Assembly (NCBI GenBank): GCA_963674755.2
Contig: CAXXVS010000003.1
Coordinates: 832,001 to 896,000 of the forward strand
Source: Desulfobacterales bacterium
Lineage (GTDB): Bacteria; Desulfobacterota; Desulfobacteria; Desulfobacterales; UBA5852
Direction of reading: 5' to 3'
Length of the DNA: 64,000 nucleotides
In this document: positions 10,240 to 20,905 of the stretch, piece after piece
How the letters are laid out: each line of letters opens with the position of its first letter
Position numbering within the stretch: the first letter of the stretch is position 1
Notes under the pieces: model-generated
Told to the model about the DNA's origin: nothing
The model's input: only the letters and a program-made list of their open reading frames with translations
Databases searched by the model: none
Translations under genes and position numbers: made by a program

Positions 10240-10890
10240 TTACTCCAGCTTCCGGTGGCAGAACCACCAGTCGTAGTTTTCATACTGGCCCAGGCGCTCC
10301 TTGGCGCTCTTCACATCGGTGGGCGGCGGCACGATGACCCGGTCTTTGATCAGCTCGTTGTCAGGCCAGCCGGCAGGCATGGCGACCCCGTTGGTATCGG
10401 AGATCTGAAGGGCTTTGACGGCGCGGACGATTTCGTCCATGTTGCGGCCGACTTCCTGGGGATAGTAGAGGATGAGGCGGATCGTGCCTTCCGGATCCCC
10501 CACGAAGACGGCTCGCACGGTGTTGCTGCCCTTGGCCGGGTGCAGCATGCCGAGACGGGCGGCGACTGTATCGTTACCGGCGATGATGGGATAGGTGATC
10601 TCCACATCGAGTTTTTCCTTGATCCACTCCACCCATTTGATGTGGGAGAAGACCTGGTCCACGGACATGCCGATCAGCTTGCAGTTGAGTTTGTCGAATT
10701 CCGCGATGCGCTTCTGGAAAGCCACGAACTCGGTGGTGCAGACCGGGGTGTAGTCGGCCGGGTGGCTGAAGAGCACGAACCAGGATCCCTTCAGGTCAGC
10801 GGGGATGTTCATGGGGCCGTGGGTGGTCTGAACGCTCAGTTCAGGAAACTCTTCCCCCAAAAGGGGCATGCTGTTTTTTTTCTCTTCCAT
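10240..10890 (-). CDS. Peroxiredoxin (Prx6/archaeal-type)
   Basis: [14 protein letters not shown] peroxidatic motif, [10 protein letters not shown]-terminal DWWFC; start set at MEEKK after AAGGAAAGGA. Confidence 0.93.
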   Translation of the reverse strand: MEEKKNSMPLLGEEFPELSVQTTHGPMNIPADLKGSWFVLFSHPADYTPVCTTEFVAFQKRIAEFDKLNCKLIGMSVDQVFSHIKWVEWIKEKLDVEITYPIIAGNDTVAARLGMLHPAKGSNTVRAVFVGDPEGTIRLILYYPQEVGRNMDEIVRAVKALQISDTNGVAMPAGWPDNELIKDRVIVPPPTDVKSAKERLGQYENYDWWFCHRKLE

Positions 10891-10950
10891 GATTGCCATT
10901 CCTTTCCTTGTGTTTGGTTGTGGATTGCGTATTGGTGGATGCGGCTGCAT

Positions 10951-12327
10951 TTAGAGGATGACCTCATAGCCCCCGTTCAACCAGGCCTTCATGCCGCCGG
11001 CCAGGCTGTGAACGTGGGAAAATCCCTGACCCTGAAGAAAACTGGCGGCAATGTTGCCCCGGTAGCCGACGCCGCACATGGCAATAACTTCCTCGTCTTT
11101 GGGAAAATCGAGATGGCCTTTGAGGAGTTCCGTGAGCGGGAAGTGCTGGGCGCCTTTAACATGGCCTGTTTCCCATTCTGCCGGGGTGCGGACATCGATG
11201 AGGCGGAAATGGTTGGCACGGATCTTCTTTTGGAGGGCATCGGTGGAAATCTGCCATAGCTGGCGAATGGGATAGCCGGCTTCCTGCCAGGCCGCGATGC
11301 CCCCGTAAAGAAAGCCGGCAATATTGTCGTACCCGATGCGGTGGAGATGGGTGGACATGGCATTGTAGGCCTCTTCGTCGGGGACCACCAAAACGAGTTC
11401 GGCGGCCGGCTCGATGACCATGCCAATCCAGTTGGCGGTCTGTTTGGCCAAACCGATGTTGATGCTCCCGGGGATGTGGACACCGCCGAAGGCGGCCGTG
11501 TCCCGGGCATCGAGCACGGTGGCGCCGGCTTCGATACGGGTGTGGACCTGGGCCGGGGAGAGGTCCCGGCTGATGGGGCAGCGTTCCAGCAGGGGCGCGC
11601 CCGATTTATTCGTGTTGATGATATGGCTGAAGCTTTTGGGGCGCTCCGGGAAGCTGGACGCAAAGGTCTGTTTGAAAGTAGTTTCATCCAGATTCAGGAT
11701 GGGGTTGTTGTGCTTTTCAAATCCGATGGTGGAGCTCGATTTGGCGCTCATTCCCTTGCCGCAGAGGGACCCTTCCCCATGGGCAGGAAAGATTTCCAGG
11801 CTTTCGGGCAGTTTTCCCAGTTTCTGGTAGAGCGAGTGGTAGAGGTTGTCCACCTGTTCCCCGATCAACTCTTGGCCGGCCAGATCCGGCCGGCCGACAT
11901 CGCCGACAAACATGCAGTCGCCGGTGAGCACCAGCCAGGGATCTTCCCCCCGAGAGCGGTCGGTGACCAGGATGGACAGGGAATGCGGCGTGTGCCCGGG
12001 TGTTTTGAGGATTTCGAGCTTGGCGTTGCCAAATTCAAATATGTCGCCCTCCTTCACTTCGACGTGGTCGAAGGTGACGGGTGATCCCTCCATGAAATGG
12101 ATTTGGGCACCGGTCCGGGACTTGAGCTCCATGTTGCCGCTGACATGATCGGCATGAACGTGGGTTTCGAAAATATGGGTGATTTGCATATCGTTCTTGC
12201 GGGCCAGATCGATATAGTCCTGGACATCCCGTTTGGGATCCACCACACACGCCACCTTGGCCATGGGGCAGCCGACCAGATAGGATAAGCAGCCCATTCC
12301 TTCTACCGCAATTTGCTTGAAATACAT
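10951..12327 (-). CDS. MBL-fold hydrolase/persulfide dioxygenase-like protein with two rhodanese domains
   Basis: ETHVHADH, TPGHTP, GDVGRPDL, PAHGEGSLCG; rhodanese domains with C-terminal CGVGYRG loop. Confidence 0.92.
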   Translation of the reverse strand: MYFKQIAVEGMGCLSYLVGCPMAKVACVVDPKRDVQDYIDLARKNDMQITHIFETHVHADHVSGNMELKSRTGAQIHFMEGSPVTFDHVEVKEGDIFEFGNAKLEILKTPGHTPHSLSILVTDRSRGEDPWLVLTGDCMFVGDVGRPDLAGQELIGEQVDNLYHSLYQKLGKLPESLEIFPAHGEGSLCGKGMSAKSSSTIGFEKHNNPILNLDETTFKQTFASSFPERPKSFSHIINTNKSGAPLLERCPISRDLSPAQVHTRIEAGATVLDARDTAAFGGVHIPGSINIGLAKQTANWIGMVIEPAAELVLVVPDEEAYNAMSTHLHRIGYDNIAGFLYGGIAAWQEAGYPIRQLWQISTDALQKKIRANHFRLIDVRTPAEWETGHVKGAQHFPLTELLKGHLDFPKDEEVIAMCGVGYRGNIAASFLQGQGFSHVHSLAGGMKAWLNGGYEVIL

Positions 12328-12399
12328 GTTGCAGCCTCCTGAAGTAGTATTTTGACGAACACCAAACCCCTCATGACGGATGTAATTTTATAGGTTATC

Positions 12400-12419
12400 A
12401 ATTGAGAACGTTTCTCATT
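12400..12419. promoter_or_regulatory. Fur-family-like palindromic operator
   Basis: AATTGAGAACGTTTCTCATT, near-palindrome resembling a Fur-type box, in the leader of the MBL-rhodanese/Prx genes. Confidence 0.45.
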
Positions 12420-12481
12420 AAGAGATCATTTCGTTCGCGGGGTTACAGATATAAAAGAGGAATAGCGGCCTGTTCAAAATG

Positions 12482-12522
12482 AGCATATGCTTTAAACTAA
12501 GGCCGTAGGAAAGCGTCGTCAA
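12482..12522 (-). promoter_or_regulatory. Sigma70-type promoter with adjacent palindrome
   Basis: Minus strand TTGACG-17nt-TAGTTT, immediately followed by the palindrome AGCATATGCT. Confidence 0.5.
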
Positions 12523-12713
12523 GGTGGTGCGAGGGGGGCATCGAGGGGGCGTAAAGGCCTGTTTCAATCCAGAGCGAAGCAGCTCAAGATGGAATTATCA
12601 TTGGGTATGGTCGAGTGTGCGACGATCAGGCGCAACTCCGGAAAGGCATGCCCGGATTGAGCGGCGTGTTCAGCCGTCTCCCGGTTTTCCCCCATAATTC
12701 ATTCCATACCGAA

Positions 12714-14705
12714 TTACTCCAGCGGGATATCCGCTTCCGGCGAGGGTTCCCCGGTGGCACCGTTGGCCGCCCGATAAATCAGACGATAGGCCACCCTGGG
12801 CTGCTGCGGCGGATTGAGGTCCACGGCGGCCTCGGCGTCGCGGATGCCGCCGGTCAAAGGACGCCAGGCGCCGTCCGCCTCGTGCCGCTGGACAATGACG
12901 TCCAGGCCTTCGGGCGGGGCTTTGAACGCGATCCGCACATGGCGAAAGGGCTTCTCTTCGACATGGAGGGAAGGTTCCGGCGGGGTGGGTACGGGCGGGT
13001 TGGAAACCGTCACCCGGCGGGCCCAGCTCGGATCGCTGCGGTTGCCGGATGCGTCGACCGCCACCAGCCGGTACCAGTATTGCTTTCCGACCATCACAAA
13101 GGGATCCTCGAAGCGGTCTTTGTTAGCCTGAACCGGGTCGCCGATGACCAGCCCCGGATCCGCCTCGCTCACCGAGCGGACGACCAGAAAAGCGTCCACA
13201 TCCCCTTCCGGGGGCGCGGCCGCAAAGGTCAGCACGACTTTGCCGTCCCGGCCGTCGATGCCGGTAATGCGGGGCGGATTGGGGGAAACGGTATCCAGCA
13301 GCACCGCCTCGACTTCCCGGCTGGGCTTGCTGCGCTGGTTGTCGAAGGCCACGGCCGTCACCCGGTAGCGAAAGGTTCCCTGGGTGTGCAAGCCGACGTT
13401 ATCGTCAAAGCGCGGCTCCGGAACCACCTGCGGGGTGAGATAGGTCCAGCGCGGGGCATCGTCGGCCCTGCGCTCCACCAGGTAGCCGGCCACGGGAAAC
13501 GGCACCGCCTCCCAGGTGAGCCGTACCCGGGTGCGTCCCACCGCGGCGGCCAGCTCGTCGGGACGGGGGGGCGCTTCGCGGTTCCGGGGCGTCGCCGTCC
13601 TGACCAGGGAAGGCTCCCCCAGGTTGCCGCGCGGATCCATGGCGCGGACGCGGTAGAAATAGCTGGTGCCGCCCACCACCCGGGTATCTTCCCATTGGGT
13701 TTGATCGGCGTCGAGACCCTCGGGGGTCGCTGCACTATAGGGGCCGTTGCGCAACAAGGCGCGTTCGACCACGTAGCCGGCGGTAAAGGGGCTGGGGTTG
13801 GCTTCCCAGGCCAGGGTGACCCGGTTCTCCCCCGCGTCGGCGCTGAACCGGGCCGGCGGCACCAGGGCCGCAAGATCCGGAATGAAAAGGGTTGTGCTGC
13901 TGGGGCGGCTGCGGCGGTCGAACAAATCGAGACTGAACAGACGATAGGTGGCCTCCGACTCCTTGGGCGGCGCCAGATCGATAAACTGGGCGTCTGACGG
14001 CGGGGATCCGGCGGTGGTGATCAACAGGGGCTGCTCCGTAAGCAGGATGTCCCCGCCGCGTTTATCTTCCCGCATCACGGTGAAGGCATAGACCGGAACA
14101 GCAGGGTTTGGCTTCGGGTTCTCCCAGCTCAATTCAACGCCGGCCTCCACGGGGACGGCCATGAAAGAAAGCGGCGCCTCCGGCAAGGGGGTGGCCTGCA
14201 GGGGGTCTACGGCCGCGCTTTGCAGCACCGCCTGCTTTTTCCCCTTGCTGTTGAGGGCGGTCAGACGATAGGTGCGCTTCCCCCCCTGGGGATCGCTATC
14301 CTGGTAGCGCAGGCCGACGGCCAGACCGAAATCGGCGTCGGCGGCCGCGGAAAGCCCCATGACGGTCACCGCCATTTCCCTGTCCGTCTTAGGGATGGCA
14401 CCGGCCTGCAGATCGGCCTGAAAGGCGTCGATGGCGCTCCGGTCCGCCGGCCGCAGCCTCTCCATGGCGGCCTGATTCCGGCCCGGCCCGAGCTTGTCCG
14501 CCACCGTCTGTGCTTTGCCCTGGACGACTTTTTCCAGACGCCAACCGCCTTGGGGCCAGATGAGATCCTTGGGAATCCAGAAGAGGGAAATACCTCCCCG
14601 GCCGTCGGAAGCTGCCCACAAGGCGCCGCGGGGTTGATCGGCCGCCGTGGCAAGTCCGGCCGTAAGGAGGAGCAGCAGCAGTACAAGAATGGTCGCTTTT
14701 TTCAC
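12714..14705 (-). CDS. Secreted fibronectin type III repeat protein
   Basis: Signal peptide; about 5 FN3-like units (V.L.W...GY.VER...D......Y.YRV.A.D..GN.S.PS). Confidence 0.85.
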   Translation of the reverse strand: MKKATILVLLLLLLTAGLATAADQPRGALWAASDGRGGISLFWIPKDLIWPQGGWRLEKVVQGKAQTVADKLGPGRNQAAMERLRPADRSAIDAFQADLQAGAIPKTDREMAVTVMGLSAAADADFGLAVGLRYQDSDPQGGKRTYRLTALNSKGKKQAVLQSAAVDPLQATPLPEAPLSFMAVPVEAGVELSWENPKPNPAVPVYAFTVMREDKRGGDILLTEQPLLITTAGSPPSDAQFIDLAPPKESEATYRLFSLDLFDRRSRPSSTTLFIPDLAALVPPARFSADAGENRVTLAWEANPSPFTAGYVVERALLRNGPYSAATPEGLDADQTQWEDTRVVGGTSYFYRVRAMDPRGNLGEPSLVRTATPRNREAPPRPDELAAAVGRTRVRLTWEAVPFPVAGYLVERRADDAPRWTYLTPQVVPEPRFDDNVGLHTQGTFRYRVTAVAFDNQRSKPSREVEAVLLDTVSPNPPRITGIDGRDGKVVLTFAAAPPEGDVDAFLVVRSVSEADPGLVIGDPVQANKDRFEDPFVMVGKQYWYRLVAVDASGNRSDPSWARRVTVSNPPVPTPPEPSLHVEEKPFRHVRIAFKAPPEGLDVIVQRHEADGAWRPLTGGIRDAEAAVDLNPPQQPRVAYRLIYRAANGATGEPSPEADIPLE

Positions 14706-14715
14706 GGTCGGTCTC

Positions 14716-17700
14716 CTATAGACTGAAGGTGCGGCAAATCTTGGGGTTCCAGAACGGAATCGGGATGGTCACGCAGCCCCGGGCCGAGGCGGCCACCGGC
14801 AGGGCGCTGACATCGACCCGCACGGAGATGCCGGCGCTGATGCACTTTTTATAGCACACTTCGGCGCGCACCCCGCCTTCACCGTATCCGGCTACATGGG
14901 GCTGGGAGGTGACGGTCAGACCTGTTTTAAGTTCGCCGGAAATGTGCCCGATGGAGGCGCCCAGGTAATAATAGACCCCGCCGCCGAGGCGCAAGGCATC
15001 CTCGTCCAGCATCATATAGCCGTCCGCGTCGCGAATCAGGAGATGCATGCGCACTTTGGGTCCGGCCTCCTGCCCGACATAGATATGCCAGGGCTGGCTT
15101 CCGCCGAAGTGCAGCGTACAGGCGTTTTCCGGGATGTCGAAATAGATGTTGTCGTCCAGGAGGCTGAAATGCCCGGCCAGGGCACCGTCGAACCCCCCGG
15201 CCGCATACTGGAAATAGCCCTGGAAGTTGCCGTTGCCGGCATGCTGGGCGTCGAGCAGCCAGGCCCGGAAGTCCATGCGCGCGCCCTCGCCGGGCTTGAC
15301 GGTGAGATCGCCGTCCATGGTGCAGACAAAGCCGTCCGAGGAGCCTACCCGCATGCCGGCCATGAAGAGATAGGAGCTGTCCGCCACCGGGGTCACGGCC
15401 GTGATGGGCGTGGTGCTCTTGAAGGCGTCCAGGGGAAAGTTGTGACCCAGGCCGCCGCGCATTTGATAGAGTTTGAGGAAGGGCGGCGCGAAGGGCATCC
15501 CGGCGGGTCCCAGATCCAGAGTCGACCGCATCAGCCAGTAGTCATGGCCGCCCATATAGCCCAGACGAAACTCGGCCTGAACCGGCGGGCCATTGAACAT
15601 GGCCATATTCACCGTACCGGCGAAACGGTCCTGGGGGCCCGAGGCCGCATAGGCGCTGGCCACCCCGAAAGACCATCCGCCTTGGCCGGAGGCATCCGCG
15701 CTCGCGGCGGACATGCCCGCGCCGGTGTAGGCGATGTGGACGGTGGCCGCCACCCGGGGCTGTCCGGCCGGGAAGGCGACTTCCAGGTCAAAGGGCTCGA
15801 CCTGCGGCCCAGAGCCTTCGTAGGAATTGCCGTCCTGGCGCAGACCGTAGTTCACCGGCACCTCGACCGCCGAAAGGACCTCGGAGATGGAAAAGGTGGT
15901 GGTAAAATCGAAGCCGAGGAGATCGGCCCCGCTGCTATAGCAGCCGATGCGGACGGACACCAGATCCACCGGGGTGAACCCCAGGGTCGATTGCCCGCCC
16001 AGGGGAACCTCAATGCTGGTGCCGTTCTCCAGAACAGGCCGCCCGTCCATGGAATAGATGATGCCGGGCACCACCACGTTGTCGGCGAAGACCACCTCTT
16101 CGGCCTCGAAACGGAAGAGGGTACTCTCGCTCCGGGCGGCCCAGCCGGTTTGGGGGAAGTTGCCGAAGAGCAGATTGCGGACGGTCATGGTAAAGGCCCG
16201 GTAATCTTTGTGCACCTCGGACTGGGTGATAGCGGCGAAGTCGAAGTAGGCCTCCTGGCCGGGGGCTCCGTAAATGAGGCGGGCGTCACCCTGCAGGTGG
16301 GCGTCGAGCCAGGGGAGGTGCACGTCCATGTCGCGGTAGGTCGCCAGGCTGCTTTGGGTGGTGTCAACGCTGATGGCGGCCACGCTGATGGTGCCCTTCT
16401 TGTAGGTCGTGGCGAAGGGGGTGGTGATGTCCGTCTGGCCGACTAGCCGGGTGCCGACCACGCCCCAGTCGCTGACGTGCCCCTTGTTGGCCTCCGGCAC
16501 CTGGAAGTCGAAGAGATTGGGGGCCAGGAGCGCATCTTCGCCGAAGTGCAGTCCGGCCCATTCCGGGCCGGCCCCGCCGGGGTTGGCCGGCATGCCGTCC
16601 TGGGCGCTGAGATCGAAAATGACTTCCCGGGGTGCGATGGAAAAGCCGCTGTTGCCGATCTCCAGCTCCATGCCGCCGGCATCCCGGCCGTACCAGTCGC
16701 CCGCTTCGGAAAGGGGCGCGGTGACGGTCCACTCCGGTGCCTGGGGGGTGCCCGTAAGATGCAGATCGGTATCCGCCGGTTTCGCCGCCAGGGTCAGGTT
16801 CATGGGGGTCTGGCCGGCCCGGGCGGCAAGCTTCTGTAGCTGGAGGCGCATACCGGCCCCGTTGATGCTGTAGGTCAGGGAAATATCAAGGTTGCCGTTT
16901 GTGACCGTCAGGCCGTCGTCCGCCACGCGCCAGCCGCCGATGGCCACCGGCAGGATGAAGCGCTCCGCGCTGCCGCCCGCCCCGGTATAGAGGTGCATGT
17001 CGAGAACGCCGCTTCCCTTGAACCGGCCGCCCGTATTCACGACATCGAGATTGCCGATGGCAAAGGTGTCCCCGGTGGCGGTGGGGAACAAAAACCGGCA
17101 GGGTTTGTCAGGGGCGCTGGCCTTGACCCGATAGCGGAAGGGATCGGATTGCACATAGTAGGGCTTTTCCTTTTTGACCGATAGCTCGGGAAAGCGCTTG
17201 GCCTCGGTCAATTGGTTGAGGCTTGCTGTCACGGGCCTCCCGGAGATGCCTTCCCTGGAGGGGGCCAGGACGCCCAGTTTGAGGCCGCTTTTTTGGAAAA
17301 GGGCCAATTGGGCGTTTCCGGCGGGGCCTGCCCCAGCGGCCCGGGCTTCGGGCACCAGCCAGGAGAGCACCTTGTGTGCCATGCTTCTGTCAGCGGCAGA
17401 AAAGGAGGACCGTCCGGCGGATGCCAGGAGGTGGACGAAGGTGACCTGGTCGAGGGGCAACAATTCGGGCAGCACCTCCGCCTCCACCACCAGGGCATAG
17501 GCCTGGTTGATCATGGTGTCGTTCATCTCCACCACCGGGGATGGCAGAGCGGCGGTGGCAAAGGATTCGGGCGTGGGGGTGCTCTGGGTGTTTTCGGTCA
17601 GGACCATGCCGCCTGCGGTGCGCGGCGGCGAGGCCAGGTTCTCTTCCAGCGAACCGATCACCATGCGGGTGTTCCCCTGATAGAGGCTCCAGGTGATTTT

Positions 17701-20274
17701 GGCGCGCCCCTCGCCGTAGTAGCGCAATCCGGCATTGCCCTGGAGGAGGCCGCAACTGCTGATTTCCGCATCGACCAGCGTGCCCAGGACGCCCTGAACC
17801 GTCTGGCTTATTGCCGGTGAGGGCGGGGTCAGGACAAGACCGGTGGCCTGACCGGCCGTGCCGGCAGCGGCCTGGGGTTTGGGGATGGTTTTTTTCTTGT
17901 TGGGCAAGCCCTTGGGCGCGCTCTTTTTCGTGGGCAGCTGGCCGGCGCCGGTGGATCCGGAACCATTGTGGCCGGTGATGGCGATGGATTCCAGATGGAG
18001 CGGCCCTTGAGCCACCAGATCCTCGCGCACCGCGATCTTTTTAGTCTCGCAATGGATCAGGTAGGCGCGGCCCGCCTTGGCGAACAACGAATTTTCATCC
18101 AAATGAAATTGGCGCTCGTTCGGGCCGGAAAATTGGAATCCCGGTCCCTGGGCGGTTTGAATCCCTTTGATAACCTTGAGATATGGATGATAGCCCGAAG
18201 CGGAGGCCGCCACGGGTTCCACGGCGGACTGGGCATTGTTCATGACCTCGTCGTAGGCGGCGGCCAGAGCATCGGGGGGCCCCTGCTGGATGTCCTCCTC
18301 GGGGAGGGCATAAATGCGTACCGTGTAGTTGCCGCTGTAAGGGTAGCGATGATGATAGACGCGGCCCAGGGGCCGCAATTCCTGATAACCCGGCTGGCTC
18401 AGGTCGATTTCCAGCGGAATCGCGCCGCTGCCGTCGCCCCAGTCGAGAAAGAGGTTGGGCACGTAGGTGGCGATCTGGCCCCCGGCACTGACCTTGGCGT
18501 TGATGTGGGTGGCATAGGGGATCGACTGGATATTGAGTTTGCCGGTGAGTTTCCACTGGTCGTTGGGATAGTTGGCGGTCCGGTTGCCCTTGTCGGGGTT
18601 GTTGATGACAATGGCCGAGGCGCTTGCCGCGCTGCCGCCGCAGGCCAGACCGGTGGGTTTGTCCGGCATGAGCAGGGACCAGCGGTCTGAAATTTCCACC
18701 TCCACGTCTTTGGATTCGACGGTTTTATGCGTCTGGGCGATATCCGTCGGGCTGCTCCCCGGCACCGTTTCCGTTTTGATCGTGGTGGTGGTCCGGTAAC
18801 CGGCGACCTCCCACCAGACATAGAGGTTGCTCAGCCCGTGGGTGACCGTGTTCTGATGCGTCTTCCAGTCTTCGGTCAACAGTTTGAGCAGATAGGCCGT
18901 ATCCATCTGGAAGAAATTCGTGGGGGCGTTGATCTGGAGCCCGTTGACCTCGAACTGGACGGGATCGATGCGCTTTTTATCGATGACAAAGCCGTTTTCA
19001 GTCACGATGCGGAATTCGTACCATTCCGCCAGGCCGGGATTTTCCTCCCGCCAGGAAAAAAGCGTCTGCTCGTTGACGGCCGTGATGAATTGGTTGGATG
19101 TCAGCGTATCTTCAGGGCTGACAAGGGTGATGCGGCCGAGCAGCATGCCCTTCAGGTCCGGAGGGATCAGTTTGGGCGTGGGCTTGGCCACCGCCAGGTC
19201 TTTTTTCGCCAAAACCCAGGCCTTGGCCGGAAAAGCATGCCAGGCCTGGGAGGCGTCGGCCCGCAGGCTCAGGGGGCGCAGACCCGCCGAAGCCCCGCGG
19301 GAGACCGTGACTTTCATGGTAAACCGGGTGGGGGAGAGGACCGCCAGATCTTCGACCGTTATGCCGTCGCCCAGATCCACCGCCAAGCCGCTTTTGAATC
19401 GGGTGCCGGTCACATTGACGTCGTAGGTTCGGCCCTGCACCCACTGATTGGGGGTCAGGGCCGCGACGGACAGGTTGATGCGGGCGGGCCGGGCAGCGGT
19501 TTTTTCGGGCGCCGTCTTTTTCTGTAAGGGCGCCGCAGGCGTCGGGCCGGTCACGGTCAGGGCCGGGGAGGCGATCACCAGGACGGGAACGGCGGCAGGG
19601 GTGTTACCCCCGGCATCGGTCAGGGTGACCTGGCGCGGACCGGGTGCGGCATCGGCGGCTACGTCCAGACTGACCCGCAGGTGGCCACCTTCGGCGACCG
19701 GCGCGGCAGCGGTGATGCCGGCACCGAAGCTGACCGCCGTGACGCCTTCCAGATGGGCGCCTGCCAGGGTCAGGGTGTAGGATCGGCCCCGGCTCAACCG
19801 GTTGGGGGTAATGGATCGGATATGGGGACGCGCCTGGACGGCGACCACGTTGATGCGTGCCGGGCTCTGGTGCGTCTGGTTGTTGTATTGAACCTGGACG
19901 GTGCGCGCCCCGGCCGGCGCGTCGGCCGCGACGTGGAAGGCGACCGTCGCCAGGGAAGCGGCCTCGTTTAGAATGGTGGGATTGCCGGTGGTAATGCCAA
20001 CCCCTAGCGTGACGCGCATATTGTGATGGAGATGCTGCCCGGTGAGGGTCAGCACACCCTCCTGACCTTGAGTGAGCGCCGCAGGGTTGACGGCCTGGAT
20101 CATCGGAAAGGTTGATGGTCTTGCCGGCTGGAGACTGCCGGGGCGATTCGTGACGGTGGGGGCCGGGCGGCGATTTTGAAGCTGGGGTTGGCTTACAGGA
20201 TTGCCTGCTTGGGCCGACTGGACGAAGAGAAGAAACAGTGCAAGCAGCGCAGCAAATAAGGGGTGATGTTTCAT
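14716..20274 (-). CDS. Giant secreted multidomain protein (three IPT/TIG-like Ig repeats, PKD-like motif, long Gly/aromatic beta-rich C-terminus)
   Basis: 1852-aa ORF with signal peptide; repeats I..V.P..L.QG....L.L.G..L.....V.LG.GIT; DWGDGS motif; GAGG RBS. Confidence 0.85.
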   Translation of the reverse strand: MKHHPLFAALLALFLLFVQSAQAGNPVSQPQLQNRRPAPTVTNRPGSLQPARPSTFPMIQAVNPAALTQGQEGVLTLTGQHLHHNMRVTLGVGITTGNPTILNEAASLATVAFHVAADAPAGARTVQVQYNNQTHQSPARINVVAVQARPHIRSITPNRLSRGRSYTLTLAGAHLEGVTAVSFGAGITAAAPVAEGGHLRVSLDVAADAAPGPRQVTLTDAGGNTPAAVPVLVIASPALTVTGPTPAAPLQKKTAPEKTAARPARINLSVAALTPNQWVQGRTYDVNVTGTRFKSGLAVDLGDGITVEDLAVLSPTRFTMKVTVSRGASAGLRPLSLRADASQAWHAFPAKAWVLAKKDLAVAKPTPKLIPPDLKGMLLGRITLVSPEDTLTSNQFITAVNEQTLFSWREENPGLAEWYEFRIVTENGFVIDKKRIDPVQFEVNGLQINAPTNFFQMDTAYLLKLLTEDWKTHQNTVTHGLSNLYVWWEVAGYRTTTTIKTETVPGSSPTDIAQTHKTVESKDVEVEISDRWSLLMPDKPTGLACGGSAASASAIVINNPDKGNRTANYPNDQWKLTGKLNIQSIPYATHINAKVSAGGQIATYVPNLFLDWGDGSGAIPLEIDLSQPGYQELRPLGRVYHHRYPYSGNYTVRIYALPEEDIQQGPPDALAAAYDEVMNNAQSAVEPVAASASGYHPYLKVIKGIQTAQGPGFQFSGPNERQFHLDENSLFAKAGRAYLIHCETKKIAVREDLVAQGPLHLESIAITGHNGSGSTGAGQLPTKKSAPKGLPNKKKTIPKPQAAAGTAGQATGLVLTPPSPAISQTVQGVLGTLVDAEISSCGLLQGNAGLRYYGEGRAKITWSLYQGNTRMVIGSLEENLASPPRTAGGMVLTENTQSTPTPESFATAALPSPVVEMNDTMINQAYALVVEAEVLPELLPLDQVTFVHLLASAGRSSFSAADRSMAHKVLSWLVPEARAAGAGPAGNAQLALFQKSGLKLGVLAPSREGISGRPVTASLNQLTEAKRFPELSVKKEKPYYVQSDPFRYRVKASAPDKPCRFLFPTATGDTFAIGNLDVVNTGGRFKGSGVLDMHLYTGAGGSAERFILPVAIGGWRVADDGLTVTNGNLDISLTYSINGAGMRLQLQKLAARAGQTPMNLTLAAKPADTDLHLTGTPQAPEWTVTAPLSEAGDWYGRDAGGMELEIGNSGFSIAPREVIFDLSAQDGMPANPGGAGPEWAGLHFGEDALLAPNLFDFQVPEANKGHVSDWGVVGTRLVGQTDITTPFATTYKKGTISVAAISVDTTQSSLATYRDMDVHLPWLDAHLQGDARLIYGAPGQEAYFDFAAITQSEVHKDYRAFTMTVRNLLFGNFPQTGWAARSESTLFRFEAEEVVFADNVVVPGIIYSMDGRPVLENGTSIEVPLGGQSTLGFTPVDLVSVRIGCYSSGADLLGFDFTTTFSISEVLSAVEVPVNYGLRQDGNSYEGSGPQVEPFDLEVAFPAGQPRVAATVHIAYTGAGMSAASADASGQGGWSFGVASAYAASGPQDRFAGTVNMAMFNGPPVQAEFRLGYMGGHDYWLMRSTLDLGPAGMPFAPPFLKLYQMRGGLGHNFPLDAFKSTTPITAVTPVADSSYLFMAGMRVGSSDGFVCTMDGDLTVKPGEGARMDFRAWLLDAQHAGNGNFQGYFQYAAGGFDGALAGHFSLLDDNIYFDIPENACTLHFGGSQPWHIYVGQEAGPKVRMHLLIRDADGYMMLDEDALRLGGGVYYYLGASIGHISGELKTGLTVTSQPHVAGYGEGGVRAEVCYKKCISAGISVRVDVSALPVAASARGCVTIPIPFWNPKICRTFSL

Positions 20275-20905
20275 TCATGCACCTCGCTGGAAAGGTTCGT
20301 ACCAGGCAGATCCAACGCCGTTTGAGCAGATTGTTGCCGGCCGCTTAAGACGGCCTTTCTCAACGCATAGGTGTTCTCGAGGCGAACAAAGGTTCAAATC
20401 CGTTTCTTCACAAGTGCCTTTCCCGTTGGAAGGCAGCCCTTTGCTGAGGGACCAAATCCGTGGCGGCCATCATCTCGGGCAGAAGAGATCCACGCTTTTT
20501 AAAAGAGGTTATGGGCGTGCAGGTTTCCCACTTGTTATGGGGATAACAGCGGATTTTATCGGAATCAGCAGCCATTGCGAGGATGCCCGGGTTGGCGGCG
20601 ATCCCGGCAGGGCGGATATTGGGTGGGGGAGAGAATTTCAATAGGCGGAATGTTCAGGAAAAGGGTTGTCTTCTCTGATGAAAGACTATGTCAGAAAAAC
20701 GATAACCCGTCAACTTGCGGTGTTATTCGGCAAGGGGTGCCGCAGATGTAAAGCGAAATGGGGCGGCCTATCGCGTTTTCCGTGGCGGCTTTCAGCTAGG
20801 GCGCGATCGTCAGCGCCCCGATTTATAGGAAGCCCGCAGGGGCTTTCTGCCGCTGCCTTAAACCGGAGGCACATCATGGCGCCGGCATCCGAAGGTTGAT
20901 GGCCG

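Noticed and set aside
20275..20900. Possible c-di-GMP or other riboswitch upstream of the giant protein
   Set aside because: No recognisable consensus motifs on the minus strand
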